Shown: positions 1-10,531, numbered from the stretch's first letter. The stretch: 64,000 nucleotides of DNA from an uncultured Flavobacteriales bacterium (GCA_903837495.1 CAILUT010000059.1:8037-72036); one strand, 5' to 3'. The notes: a model not told the origin generated them from the sequence alone. Translations and numbers: made by a program.

Positions 1-84
1 GCTTCAGGATTTTTTGGAGAAGCGGATGGAATTGGATAAGAAGGGGAAATAGAATTAGGCCTTAGCCCAAAATTAGATCATAAA

Positions 85-2133
85 ATGGGTTTGGATGTTC
101 CGTTGGTTGACCGAGACCTATCTTGGCTGAGTTTTAATTACCGGGTTTTAGAGGAGGCTGGGGATTCATCTGTTCCGTTGTTTGAGCGGATTAAGTTTTT
201 GGCCATTTACAGTTCAAATCTGGATGAATTTTTTCGGGTTCGTGTGGCTGCATTGCAAGTGTTTGGATTGGATTCAGATGCAGAGAGAAATGAAATGCTG
301 GAAGAGATTTACAGGCAAGTACAGATTCAGCAGGAACATTTTGGACACATTTTTTCCAAGCAAATCATACCCGCTCTTCGGGACGAGGGGATACGGCTTA
401 ATTTAGGGGGCGATATTCCTTCGGCATGGGCGAACGACCTTCGGCGGTATTTCATGGACCAGGTGGTTCATTTGTTGCATCCTACTTTGTTGAAAAGGAG
501 CATGGTTCGTCCCTTTTTATCGAACGGGTCGATTCATTTGTTGGTTGAGCTGCATTCTCGGCGTCCTTTGCGAAATCCCCATTCGGTACGGAAGCCGAAG
601 TATGCGTTGTTGGGAATACCGGATTCTTTGCCTCGGTTTTTTCAACGCAGCGATGGGCATGGAGGGTTTGACGTGGTATTTTTAGATGATGTTCTTCGTT
701 CTAATCTGGGGCTTTTATTTTCAGGATATACCGTTGTACACGTTCATTCAATAAAGGTATCAAGGAGTGCAGATTTGGGGATAGAAGATGAGTTTGAAGG
801 GAATTTGGTGGATAAGATTCGGAGCAGCTTGAGCAAGCGGAAGGAGGGGGTTCCGAGTCGGTTTTTATACGACGAAGAAATGCCGGAGCCCATGTTGAAT
901 TTTCTAATTCGGTACTTTAGATTGGAAAACGGAGAACCCATACCTGGGGGTCGATATCATCGATTTTCGGATTTTTTCGGGTTTCCCAATCCCTTTAGTC
1001 CCCGATTGGAACGGCCATTCCCTCAACCCCTTTCTATTCCTGCGTTGGATGCTTTCTCAACCATGTTTGAAGCCATAAAGCACCGGGATTGGCTGCTGCA
1101 TTTTCCCTACCAAAGCTATGATTATGTGGTGGAGTTTTTCAATCAAGCGGCATTCGATCCTAAAGTGATAGAGATAAAGGCAACTCAATACCGTGTTGCA
1201 CCCAATTCAGCGATAGTACAAGCCTTGATTAATGCTGCTCGCAATGGGAAAAGAGTAACGGTTTTTGTAGAGGTCAAAGCCCGATTTGATGAGGAGTTGA
1301 ACTTAATTTCAGCTCAAAAAATGGAACAGGCGGGCGTGCGCATTATATATTCTCATCCGGGCCTTAAGGTGCATGCGAAAATGTGTTTGGTAACGCGAAA
1401 AAGTCGGAATCGAAAACGGCTCCGCAGGTATGCCTATGTTGCCACGGGGAATTTTAACGAAAAGACAGCTCGGATTTATTCGGATCAGGGGTATTTTACA
1501 TCGAGTCCGGAAGTTTGCGCTGAGTTGGAACATTTATTTAAAGAATTGCACAAGCCCACGGGTTTGTGGCCTTTTAAGCATATACTGGTGGCACGTTACA
1601 ACTTGGTGGAGGAACTTAAAAGGCATATAGACAACGAGATTTTATGTGCTAAGAAGGGCCAGCCTGCCGGTATTTATGTAAAAATGAATAATCTGGAGGA
1701 AGAGGGAATGATTCGTCATTTGCAGGAAGCCGCGGCAGCAGGGGTACGGGTACGGGTGATGGTTCGGAGCATTTGTCGGTTGATTCCCAATGGGATTGAG
1801 GTGCGGCGGATTGTGGATAAATACTTAGAGCATGCTCGGATATTTTCTTTTTTTAATGGGGCTGAGCCTAGAATTTTTATGGGCAGTGCCGACTGGATGG
1901 GACGGAATCTATTTAACCGCATCGAATTGGTAATAGAGGTTCGAGACCTTCAATGGAAAGAGGAGTTGTTGGAGGTGATGGAGATACAATGGAAAGATAA
2001 TTTGTCGGCCCGTAGGTTGCTGCCTGATTTAAAATCCGAGCGTATTCCTATCATTGGCGAGGCGATTCGGGCACAAACGGCCATTTATGATTTCCTTCGG
2101 GATTCACGGGCTGAATCTGAAAACCTAGCTTGA
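85..2133 (+). CDS. ppk1: polyphosphate kinase 1
   Basis: 682-aa ORF with an ATG start. It has PPK1-type N-terminal motifs (RDLSWLSFNYRVLEEA, LDEFFRVRVA), the phosphohistidine region GLKVHAKMCLV, and duplicated PLD-like C-terminal halves. Confidence 0.93.
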   Translation: MGLDVPLVDRDLSWLSFNYRVLEEAGDSSVPLFERIKFLAIYSSNLDEFFRVRVAALQVFGLDSDAERNEMLEEIYRQVQIQQEHFGHIFSKQIIPALRDEGIRLNLGGDIPSAWANDLRRYFMDQVVHLLHPTLLKRSMVRPFLSNGSIHLLVELHSRRPLRNPHSVRKPKYALLGIPDSLPRFFQRSDGHGGFDVVFLDDVLRSNLGLLFSGYTVVHVHSIKVSRSADLGIEDEFEGNLVDKIRSSLSKRKEGVPSRFLYDEEMPEPMLNFLIRYFRLENGEPIPGGRYHRFSDFFGFPNPFSPRLERPFPQPLSIPALDAFSTMFEAIKHRDWLLHFPYQSYDYVVEFFNQAAFDPKVIEIKATQYRVAPNSAIVQALINAARNGKRVTVFVEVKARFDEELNLISAQKMEQAGVRIIYSHPGLKVHAKMCLVTRKSRNRKRLRRYAYVATGNFNEKTARIYSDQGYFTSSPEVCAELEHLFKELHKPTGLWPFKHILVARYNLVEELKRHIDNEILCAKKGQPAGIYVKMNNLEEEGMIRHLQEAAAAGVRVRVMVRSICRLIPNGIEVRRIVDKYLEHARIFSFFNGAEPRIFMGSADWMGRNLFNRIELVIEVRDLQWKEELLEVMEIQWKDNLSARRLLPDLKSERIPIIGEAIRAQTAIYDFLRDSRAESENLA

Positions 2134-2248
2134 CCCGAATCGGGTAAATGCGGTATAAATCTGAGTGCAAAGCTGAGGCAAATTGCCACGTATTTGACAA
2201 TGGCACCAAAAAGTATATTTTTGTATCGTTAAATAAAGACCACATAAC

Positions 2249-2926
2249 ATGGTAGAAGAATTTGAAGAAGTAAAAAAGCCGCAATCTTTTGATGCAGAAG
2301 CTTGGTTTCGAAAGAATCAAAAGATGGTATTGGGGGCATTGCTGTTGGTAGTCCTTGGATTGGGAGCTTATTTGTACACGCGTGAGGGAGGGGAGGATTC
2401 GGAAGAAATTGCGGCTGCTGAATCTTTGTTTATGGCAGAGCATTATTTTGGTCAGGACAGCCTTGAAATAGCATTAAAAGGTCGGGCCGGAGATTTCGAA
2501 GGTTTTGAGTCTTTGGCTATCAGTCAGGCTGGCACTGATGCGGGCAATGTAGCTAACCTGTATGCCGGTTTGTGCCATTTGAACCTAGGGAACTTCGAAA
2601 AGGCCATTTCTTTTTTAAAGGAATACAAAGGAAGCGATGCGGTTTTATCGTCTATGTCAATTGGCTGTCAGGGCGATGCTCAATGGGAATTGGGGAAAGC
2701 ACAAGAAGCGGCGGACCTGTATTTGAAAGCTGCCCGAAATTCAGGCAATCGATTTACAGCACCCATGTACCTTGAAAAGGCAGCCTTGGTTCATGAATTG
2801 GAGTTAAAAAACACAGCAAAGGCTATTGAATTGTACACAGAAATTCGCGACAACTACTTTTCATCTTTTCAGGGCAGCAACGCCGAAAAGCAGTGCTTGC
2901 GTTTAACCTCGGCCCAACAGCCTTAA
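2249..2926 (+). CDS. membrane-anchored TPR-like protein (YfgM-like), function unknown
   Basis: 225-aa ORF with one N-terminal TM helix (VLGALLLVVLGLGAYLY) followed by helical TPR-like repeats. Its stop lies 3 nt before the ribH start. Confidence 0.55.
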   Translation: MVEEFEEVKKPQSFDAEAWFRKNQKMVLGALLLVVLGLGAYLYTREGGEDSEEIAAAESLFMAEHYFGQDSLEIALKGRAGDFEGFESLAISQAGTDAGNVANLYAGLCHLNLGNFEKAISFLKEYKGSDAVLSSMSIGCQGDAQWELGKAQEAADLYLKAARNSGNRFTAPMYLEKAALVHELELKNTAKAIELYTEIRDNYFSSFQGSNAEKQCLRLTSAQQP

Positions 2927-2929
2927 TGC

Positions 2930-3424
2930 ATGTCTTCCGAAGGAAAAAATCTATCGGATGTTTCTGTATTTGCCTCACAAGTAGCCTTAACGGGCCTAAA
3001 GATTGGTATAATTCAGGCCGTTTGGAACGAAGAGATAACCAATAAACTTCATGAAGGGGCAGAGGGGCTCCTTATTGAACGCGGATTAAAGCCATCTCAA
3101 CTGATTCATGTTCGAGTATCTGGAGCGATGGAATTGCCCTTAGCGGCCTTGTGGTTGCTTGAGAAAGTGGATGGTGTCATTGTTTTAGGTTGCGTAGTGC
3201 GCGGCGGCACTCCCCACTTTGAGTATGTTTGTCAGGGCACAACCAAAGGGATCATAGATGTGCAACTGAAAATTCAGAAACCGGTTATATACGGATTATT
3301 GACTGTGAATACCGAGCAGGAAGCCTGGGATAGGGCGGGTGGGAAATACGGGAACAAAGGCCGGGAGGCTGGAGCCACGCTGCTTCAGCAATTGGAAGTT
3401 CGGCAATTTGTTGAGACCCTATAA
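2930..3424 (+). CDS. ribH: 6,7-dimethyl-8-ribityllumazine synthase
   Basis: 164-aa ORF with lumazine synthase signatures (VSGAMELPLAA, GCVVRGGTPHFEYV, YGLLTV). Confidence 0.93.
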   Translation: MSSEGKNLSDVSVFASQVALTGLKIGIIQAVWNEEITNKLHEGAEGLLIERGLKPSQLIHVRVSGAMELPLAALWLLEKVDGVIVLGCVVRGGTPHFEYVCQGTTKGIIDVQLKIQKPVIYGLLTVNTEQEAWDRAGGKYGNKGREAGATLLQQLEVRQFVETL

Positions 3425-3521
3425 GGTTTCAAAATTCTTCTGTTGTACTGATTTTACTCCTGAATGATGGGGGCAGCCAAATAGAGCTATTGACTTCAGG
3501 GGCAGTGCAGAGGGGTTTATC

Positions 3522-3992
3522 CTAGGAATTGGATTGAAGCTGTTTTAGGATTCGGACGGCTTCTGAAATGTGTTTCTGGATGTTCATTTGACTTGAAAAC
3601 ACGTGTTTGATTTCGCCGTATTTATTGATAACAAAAGTCGTTCTGCCGGGCAAGACCATCAGCGTTTTAGGCACACCAAACATTTTACGAACTCGGCCCA
3701 GGGAATCGCTCAACAAGGTAAAAGGGAGTCTGTTTTTTTCGGCAAATTTTATGTGGGCTTCGGCAGAATCGGAGCTGATTCCAATAACCAACGCACCCAG
3801 CTCCAAGAACTGTTCATAGGAATCTCGAAAGCATTTTGCTTCAGCGGTACAGCCAGGTGTATCGTCTTTGGGGTAGAAGTAAAGAACCACGGATTGATTG
3901 GCCCGGAAATCCGAGAATTTAACAACCTGTCCGTGCTGATTTTTTAGCACGAAATCGGGTGCAAAATCTCCAACTGTAAGGGCTTTTGTCAT
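3522..3992 (-). CDS. bcp: thioredoxin-dependent peroxiredoxin Bcp
   Basis: 156-aa ORF in the AhpC/TSA family, with the peroxidatic Cys in YFYPKDDTPGCT. Confidence 0.9.
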   Translation of the reverse strand: MTKALTVGDFAPDFVLKNQHGQVVKFSDFRANQSVVLYFYPKDDTPGCTAEAKCFRDSYEQFLELGALVIGISSDSAEAHIKFAEKNRLPFTLLSDSLGRVRKMFGVPKTLMVLPGRTTFVINKYGEIKHVFSSQMNIQKHISEAVRILKQLQSNS

Positions 3993-4180
3993 GGGTATTG
4001 AATGGGTTCTAATTAGGAACAGCGAAAGTAGCCGTATAGTTAAGACACTTGGGTTTTGAGCCCGTTAAAACTTGTTAATGCGAAGAATACCAAGCAGATT
4101 GCTTTTTGATTTCGGGTGCATAGATGTTATTTTAAACGAATGTAGGGCAAGTGCCAAATCGAAAAGAGTATCTTTGAATT

Positions 4181-5410
4181 ATGCGTGGAATTGTAATTGA
4201 AAACATCCGAATGGCAACTAAGTCCTTGGCTAGTCAGCTATTAAGGACAATTATAACCATATTGATTATTGGTTTTGGAATTATGTCGCTGGTTGGAATG
4301 CTGACGGCCATAGATGTGTTGAAACAGAGCATCAACACTACTTTTGCTGCTTTTGGAAGCAATTCGTTTACCATTCAAAACAGGGAATTTTGGCAGAATA
4401 AAGGTCAAAAACAAAAGCCACACCCATCCATTCGATATTCAGAGGCCAAGGCATTTAAGGATCGGTTTGTATTTCCTACGCTGGTGAGCATTAGTTCTGT
4501 AGCAACGCGCACGGGAGTGGTTAAAAGTGGGTCGAAGAAAACCCACCCGAAGATTATGGTGATGGGAATTGATGAGGGGTACTTAGAGGTAGGGGGATTT
4601 GGATTGAAGAAAGGGAGGAATTTTTCGCAGCAGGAACTACAACAAGGAAGTCCTGTGGCCATTATTGGACAGGATATCGCCAAGACGCTTTTTCCGGGCG
4701 AATCGTCTCTTCAAAAATCAGTTTGGGTTGGAAAGGTTCGCCTAAAGATTGTTGGTGAAGTTCAAGAAAAGGGAGCTGGAGGTGGCATAAGCAACGACCG
4801 GCAGTTGTTTGTTCCCTTGCGGCAACTGCAAATGTATTTTTCGGGCGATAACGCATCGTATGTAATTACAGGTCGAACCAGTTCAGCGGCTTTACTAGAT
4901 GAGGCCAGCAGCGAAGCCGTAGGCTTATTTAGGTCCATTCGAAAGGACAGGGCCGGCGAACAAGATTCATTTGAAATTGAAAAGAGCACGGGTTTGGTTG
5001 GGCAGGTTTTGAGCATGACCACCTACTTGAGGTTGGGAGCATTTGCTGTGGCTTTAATAACCTTGATGGGTGCAATGGTTGGGCTTTTAAATATTATGCT
5101 GGTATCGGTTACCGAACGAACTCGGGAAATTGGAGTCCGAAAGTCTTTGGGTGCCACCCGCCGAAGCATTGCGCAACAGTTTTTGATTGAGGCCGTAGTA
5201 ATCACTCAAATTGGAGGGCTAGTGGGAGTTCTTTTGGGCTTGGGTCTAGGGAACTTGGTTTCCGTTTTCTTGGGGGGAACCTTTTTGATTCCTTGGAATT
5301 GGATAGCACTGGCTTTTATTGTTTGTTTTATTACCGGTGTAGGTGCTGGATTGTATCCGGCGATTAAAGCGGCAAAGATGAACCCGGTGGACTCGCTGAG
5401 GTATGAATAA
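4181..5410 (+). CDS. ABC transporter permease, MacB/FtsX family
   Basis: 409-aa ORF with an N-terminal TM, a large periplasmic domain and a C-terminal FtsX-type TM bundle (ERTREIGVRKSLGA). No ATPase gene is adjacent. Confidence 0.85.
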   Translation: MRGIVIENIRMATKSLASQLLRTIITILIIGFGIMSLVGMLTAIDVLKQSINTTFAAFGSNSFTIQNREFWQNKGQKQKPHPSIRYSEAKAFKDRFVFPTLVSISSVATRTGVVKSGSKKTHPKIMVMGIDEGYLEVGGFGLKKGRNFSQQELQQGSPVAIIGQDIAKTLFPGESSLQKSVWVGKVRLKIVGEVQEKGAGGGISNDRQLFVPLRQLQMYFSGDNASYVITGRTSSAALLDEASSEAVGLFRSIRKDRAGEQDSFEIEKSTGLVGQVLSMTTYLRLGAFAVALITLMGAMVGLLNIMLVSVTERTREIGVRKSLGATRRSIAQQFLIEAVVITQIGGLVGVLLGLGLGNLVSVFLGGTFLIPWNWIALAFIVCFITGVGAGLYPAIKAAKMNPVDSLRYE

Positions 5411-5439
5411 GTTTAAAATTTAAACGAGAAATCAATTGT

Positions 5440-6678
5440 ATGGGAACCCTTGTGCACAACATTGGCCAATTGTGGATGGCGATACCTGGAGAACGTGCTT
5501 TAGGCGGTGTTGAAATGTCAAAGTTGCAGCCTATAGAGAACGCTTGGTTTCGAATCAGGGATGGCTTCATTTTCGATATAGGTCAGGGGGTGCCCCCGGA
5601 ATTGAATTCAGGTGAGCAGATTGTGGATTGTGAGGGAGGATTGGTGATGCCTGGATTTTGTGACAGCCATACCCATGTTGTTTTTGCAGATTGGCGGCCT
5701 GAAGAGTTTTTGCAGAAAATTCGGGGGATGAGCTATTCTCAAATTGCAGAGGAAGGCGGTGGTATTTTAAATTCGGCCAAAAAGGTAGGACAAGCCAGCC
5801 CATCCATTTTATTTGAAAGGGCCAAGGAACGGGTACTAGAGACCATAGGCTTTGGAACGGCCGCCATAGAAATAAAGAGTGGGTATGGTTTAAGCCTTGA
5901 ATCGGAACTAAAAATGATGCGTGTTATCGCAGATTTAAAATCGTGGGCACCTATTCCAATCAAGGCCACCCTGTTGGGAGCCCATGCCCTTCCTTTGGCA
6001 TTTAAAAACAACCGTCAGGCTTACATTCAGATGGTGGTTTCTGAATTGATACCGGCCGCAGCTGCCGAAGGCTTGGCCGATTACTTCGATGTGTTTTGCG
6101 ACCAGGGTTTTTTTAGTCAGCAAGAGACGGAAACAATGCTAGAAGCCGCATTAAAAGTTGGAATGCGCCCTAAGATTCATGCCAATGAATTGGGTTTGAC
6201 GGGAGGAGTCCAAGCCGGATTGAAATACAAGGCTTTGTCGGTTGACCATTTGGAACATCTCGGTGAATCTGAAATCAGTTTGCTAAAACAGGGTCAAACG
6301 CAACCCACCTTGCTTCCAAGTACGGCCTTTTTTCTAAAAATTCCTTATCCTGACGGGCGAAGGTTGTTGGACGAAAATTTACCGGTAGCGCTGGCTACCG
6401 ACTACAATCCAGGAAGTTCACCCAGCGGAAATCCATGGTTTGTATGGTCTTTGGCCAGTATTTTCATGAAGTTTGAACCTGTTGAAGCGCTTGCTGCATT
6501 AACGTTAAATGGAGCCCATGCGATGGAGCTTGGAACCGAACATGGGTCTATTTGGCCCGGTAAAACGGCCTCGTTTATTGTTTTGCCCAGCCTAAATTCC
6601 TTGTCAATGGTGCCCTACCGTTTTGGTGGCGGTTTTAGGTATAGGGTTTTTATTAAAGGTGAGGAGTGGTTGGCATAG
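5440..6678 (+). CDS. hutI: imidazolonepropionase
   Basis: 412-aa ORF with the amidohydrolase HxH motif (CDSHTHVVF) and HutI-like blocks (KIHANEL, ATDYNPGSSP). Confidence 0.87.
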   Translation: MGTLVHNIGQLWMAIPGERALGGVEMSKLQPIENAWFRIRDGFIFDIGQGVPPELNSGEQIVDCEGGLVMPGFCDSHTHVVFADWRPEEFLQKIRGMSYSQIAEEGGGILNSAKKVGQASPSILFERAKERVLETIGFGTAAIEIKSGYGLSLESELKMMRVIADLKSWAPIPIKATLLGAHALPLAFKNNRQAYIQMVVSELIPAAAAEGLADYFDVFCDQGFFSQQETETMLEAALKVGMRPKIHANELGLTGGVQAGLKYKALSVDHLEHLGESEISLLKQGQTQPTLLPSTAFFLKIPYPDGRRLLDENLPVALATDYNPGSSPSGNPWFVWSLASIFMKFEPVEALAALTLNGAHAMELGTEHGSIWPGKTASFIVLPSLNSLSMVPYRFGGGFRYRVFIKGEEWLA

Positions 6679-6742
6679 CCTCGGGTTGTGTATGAAGAAG
6701 CGAAATCAAAATGGCTGACTATCTTTGTACATAATCCGAATT

Positions 6743-7735
6743 ATGAGAGTTACGTCGATTTTATTCGCTGCCCTTGTTTTTGGCCTGTTTTCTTGTTCAG
6801 GCGAAGACCCGATTCCTGTTGATACCTATTTTCAAGGCAAGTCTATTTACTTGAGCAGCGACATTGATGGTAAGCATCAAATTTACCGTTGGACACCGGA
6901 TTCCTTGGTGCGGATCACGTTTGATCTGGATTACAATTTTTGGTGGCCACGTTGTCAGCCTAATGGAGACCGGCTGATTTGCTTTAGAGGGCCCTTGATG
7001 AATGGATTAAGTACGAGCACACTTTGGCGGTTTAAAAAAGATGGGTCGCAAGGGGAAATGCTGATTGACCCGAATGATTATGGATGGTTTGGCATGACGT
7101 CTGCCAACTATTCTCCCGACGGGCGCTGGATTATATTGGCCGCAGAAGTCATGGATTCGTTGATTGGAGATGAGCGGTGGCATTTGTTTGTATGCGATAG
7201 CTTGGGGGATAATCCAAAACGAATTACGCCTTGGGGCAGAATGTATTACGACCCTTCGTTCAGTAAATCAACCCCCTTTGGGATTGTTTATTCGGCTTGG
7301 CCGGATGGAACGCTTGAGCCATTTACCTACAACATTCGTTGGAGTTTAGAGGTGCACACCGCCAAAATTGATACCAGCGTCTGGCAGCTTGTGGATGAAG
7401 TTCGACTCACCGATGACGATGTGTTGAATTCTACCCCCATGCAAACCTCAAATGGCCAACGCATTGTATTCTCGTTCGTGGAAGATCAAATCAATCCAAG
7501 CACCAAAACCAATGTTCACTCGGTATGGACCAACGGCACGGAGAATGTGCAATTGTTGCGCGATGGCCGAGCCAATTACCACCCTTGCTGGACGCCAGAC
7601 GACCAAAATATTGTTTTTCAGCGTGGGGAGTTCGGATTGTATTCGTTGTATGCAATTCGTTCAACCGGAGGCGGATTGGTTCGAATATTAGGCGACGACA
7701 GCCATAATTTTGTACAGCCGTACGTCGAAGATTAA
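6743..7735 (+). CDS. lipoprotein with PD40/TolB-like beta-propeller repeats
   Basis: The track ORF begins at a TTG (6725). The ATG at 6743 gives a lipoprotein signal, MRVTSILFAALVFGLFSC. There are PD40-like repeats (YSPDGRWIILAA, WTPDDQNIVF). Confidence 0.6.
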   Translation: MRVTSILFAALVFGLFSCSGEDPIPVDTYFQGKSIYLSSDIDGKHQIYRWTPDSLVRITFDLDYNFWWPRCQPNGDRLICFRGPLMNGLSTSTLWRFKKDGSQGEMLIDPNDYGWFGMTSANYSPDGRWIILAAEVMDSLIGDERWHLFVCDSLGDNPKRITPWGRMYYDPSFSKSTPFGIVYSAWPDGTLEPFTYNIRWSLEVHTAKIDTSVWQLVDEVRLTDDDVLNSTPMQTSNGQRIVFSFVEDQINPSTKTNVHSVWTNGTENVQLLRDGRANYHPCWTPDDQNIVFQRGEFGLYSLYAIRSTGGGLVRILGDDSHNFVQPYVED

Positions 7736-7743
7736 ATTGCAAA

Positions 7744-9267
7744 ATGCCATCTGCCACATTTTTTAGGGGTTGGCCTTTGTTTGTCGTGGTGGACATTCTC
7801 GCATGCTTCAGCCTTTCAGCCCAAGATTGGACCGGATACCACAGCTCAAATTATGCGGGTATTCATGCGGTAAATTACAATCCGGCATTTTTGGCTGGGA
7901 ACAATTACAAGCTTGATGTAAGCTTGCTGGCAGGGCACTTTCAAATTCAAAATGATTTTGTTGGTTTAGACAACCAGGTCATCTTCGAACCTACCCGGAC
8001 GGGTTCCGATCCGGATTTTAATCGGCAATACCTTCGATTTAGCGACCATACTCAATTTTATTCTGCCTTTGCCAATGTTCATATACAGGCCCCATCTGTT
8101 TTGTGGCAGTTCAGCCCTCGGGATGCGGTTGGATTTTCTCCAGGCTTACGGGTATTTATGAATGCCAGCCACATCGACCGTCGGTTGGCCAGATTGGCCA
8201 TAGAGGGCTTGGATTATCCACCCTATTGGAATTACGATCAGGATAACCTGTATATGCGTATAAATGCCCATGCCTATGTGGAATATGCACTGTCGTATGC
8301 ACGAACCCTTTACAACGATGAGGGCTTGGTCATTAAAGCTGGAATAACGGGGAAATTACTACAGGGCATTTCGGCAGCTGAATTTCAGGGTACCGGTTTT
8401 ACCCATTCTTTCCAAAACAGCGACACGATTGATGTTCGGCGGTTTGATGGGGAATTGTATATGTCGCAGGGGGTCGCAAATCAATCTCCAGGTTTTCGGT
8501 TTGAGGGCGGGCCATCGTTTGGGCTGGATTTCGGAGTGATTTTTGAAATTCATCCTGGCAATTATCAAAAGAAAGGCTTGGTGTCGCAGCGGAATTATGT
8601 AAGGAAAAAAGGGTTGCTAACGGAAGATGAAACCCCTTATACCGCACGCTTTGGTTTTAGTGTTTCCGATATTGGAGTGCTTTCATACGCGACGGATCCC
8701 AGTAGTGCCATCTTTTACATTAACCGCGACAGCATTCCCCTTGACGAATTTAACAACATAGGTTCTGCTTCAGGTTTAGGAACGTTTTTGGAAACCAATT
8801 ACCAAGGAATAAATTCAAACGACAGCAGTTTTTCTATGCTGTTGCCAACCACGCTACGGTTTTTTGGGGATCTGAAATTCATTCATAATGTTGGTCTTCA
8901 TGCAGGCTTACAGGTGGGTTTGTTTGGAGGGCGGGCTAGCCGATTTAAAAATGCCCAACTCACTCAATTTATTGTAACTCCTAGGTGGGAAATAAAATGG
9001 TTGGGAGTCTATATACCTTTTGGGATTGATGAGATGGGGCTTTTCAATTGGGGGATTTCGCTTAGGGCAGGCCCATTGGTGATTGGCACAGGCGACTTGC
9101 TCAGCAATCTGGCCAAGGGATATGTAATGGGGAGTAGTTTTCACTTTGGAATTAGGTGGGTATTTCCGCTTGTGAATGCCCCACTCCGAAATCCCGGCTG
9201 CAATCCCTATGACCGCTCTTATCGGGCCGCCCCTTTTTTTAAGAAGAAACAACGCAGGCGGCCTTAG
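7744..9267 (+). CDS. putative outer-membrane beta-barrel protein (DUF5723-like), function unknown
   Basis: 507-aa ORF with a signal-like N-terminus and alternating beta-strand pattern. It resembles Bacteroidota DUF5723 proteins from memory only. It starts 9 nt after the upstream gene. Confidence 0.4.
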   Translation: MPSATFFRGWPLFVVVDILACFSLSAQDWTGYHSSNYAGIHAVNYNPAFLAGNNYKLDVSLLAGHFQIQNDFVGLDNQVIFEPTRTGSDPDFNRQYLRFSDHTQFYSAFANVHIQAPSVLWQFSPRDAVGFSPGLRVFMNASHIDRRLARLAIEGLDYPPYWNYDQDNLYMRINAHAYVEYALSYARTLYNDEGLVIKAGITGKLLQGISAAEFQGTGFTHSFQNSDTIDVRRFDGELYMSQGVANQSPGFRFEGGPSFGLDFGVIFEIHPGNYQKKGLVSQRNYVRKKGLLTEDETPYTARFGFSVSDIGVLSYATDPSSAIFYINRDSIPLDEFNNIGSASGLGTFLETNYQGINSNDSSFSMLLPTTLRFFGDLKFIHNVGLHAGLQVGLFGGRASRFKNAQLTQFIVTPRWEIKWLGVYIPFGIDEMGLFNWGISLRAGPLVIGTGDLLSNLAKGYVMGSSFHFGIRWVFPLVNAPLRNPGCNPYDRSYRAAPFFKKKQRRRP

Positions 9268-9885
9268 CTCTTAACACGTGCACATGCTCGCTCCATGGAT
9301 GCTGCTGGGTAGGGCTTCGGATTCCATAGGCGGGTGAGTATGCCTACTTCTAAGCGCTCCATCCCTGCAATTGGCAATGGGGTATTGTTTTTATTCCTTC
9401 TGTCTTTAAAATGTCCTTTTCAGCGTTCAAATCAGGATCTAAACGTGGCTTCTATTTCAGGCCCATTCCCTGGCCCAAAGATTCAGTTCTTGAATTATCC
9501 AACCTCGCCCGCATCCGGTTTTCCTTGAAGGGTAGAAATGAATGGTGTATCCAACCTGTTTGTTGTTCCAATCGGCTGTGGATTCTAGCAATCCTACAAA
9601 ATCCCCTTCCCTTGCGTCCGAGCTGTGTTTTCGAGTTTCTTGGTTTTTATCCCGGCTGTTTTTCAGCCAAAACCTCTAAGGCTATTGCATGGAAATCAGG
9701 CAGACCCCGCTGGGATACCCGATGAGCCTCCTGAGTGTGTTGATACTCTTCCTGCGAAGTTGGGCTTTTTTCGTCTTTTTTTAATCGAAGCACCAACAGA
9801 AACGAACGGACATCGCACCCAATCATAAGGTTGGGGTTTGTTGCTTGCATCCTGTTCAGGCTAAGGCGAGGGGTGGTGTTTTTTT

Positions 9886-9916
9886 TCAAAAAAAAAGGAA
9901 AGATTGCTCTTTCCTT
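9886..9916 (-). terminator. rho-independent terminator after the distal ECF sigma gene
   Basis: On the minus strand the stem AGGAAAG/CTTTCCT (9896-9915) is followed by a U-run (A-run 9888-9896 on the plus strand). It lies about 20 nt after the stop at 9937. Confidence 0.6.
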
Positions 9917-9936
9917 TTTCCTTTTTTAGACTTTTT

Positions 9937-10455
9937 TTAAGCGATTGCTTGGGGGTCAGCCAATGCGATAGCAACTTGTTTGCGGGCAAGGAAAATCCGA
10001 CTTTTAATGGTGCCTATGGGCAAATTCAGTTCATCGGCAATCTCTTTGTATTTGAATCCTTCAAAGTACATTTTGAGGGGAATCCGGAAATCTTCGGGCA
10101 ATGCATCCATTTCTGAATAAATTTCCTTGTACCGGAATGCGGACTCAGGATTGAATGCATCTTTTGAAGACTGAGGGAGTTCTGCTTGACCAATATCGGT
10201 ACCTAAATCTACGATGCTTCTGAATTTAATCGAACGGCGGTAATTGTTGATAAAAATGTTTCGTAGAATGGTGTAGAGCCAAGCTTTCAAATTGGTATCG
10301 GGTTGAAACCGGCTTTCATGTGTAAAAGCCTTAAGCATGGTTTCTTGCACCAAATCGTTGGCTTCTTCTAAATTGGATGTCAGGCTAAGTGCATAGTACC
10401 GCAGTTGTTCGCGGTAGGCGACTACGTCCGATGAAAAAGATGTTGAAGAAGCCAT
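9937..10455 (-). CDS. ECF-type RNA polymerase sigma-70 family factor (paralog 1)
   Basis: Sigma region 2 (DLVQETMLKAF, WLYTILRNIFINNYRR) and region 4 HTH (YKEIADELNLPIGTIKSRIFLARK). I prefer the ATG at 10455 (MASSTSF) over the longer alt-start ORF reaching 10527. Confidence 0.85.
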   Translation of the reverse strand: MASSTSFSSDVVAYREQLRYYALSLTSNLEEANDLVQETMLKAFTHESRFQPDTNLKAWLYTILRNIFINNYRRSIKFRSIVDLGTDIGQAELPQSSKDAFNPESAFRYKEIYSEMDALPEDFRIPLKMYFEGFKYKEIADELNLPIGTIKSRIFLARKQVAIALADPQAIA

Positions 10456-10463
10456 AGTAAGAA

Positions 10464-10494
10464 TGTTTAATGTGAAGGTAGTATAAGTTAAACA
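10464..10494. promoter_or_regulatory. imperfect inverted repeat TGTTTAA-N17-TTAAACA upstream of sigma paralog 1
   Basis: TGTTTAA occupies 10464-10470 and GTTAAACA occupies 10487-10494. The same 8-mer recurs three times upstream of sigma paralog 2. Confidence 0.3.
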
Positions 10495-10531
10495 GAAACC
10501 AAATTTTTGTTGAATTCTTTCAAGCAAAGGT

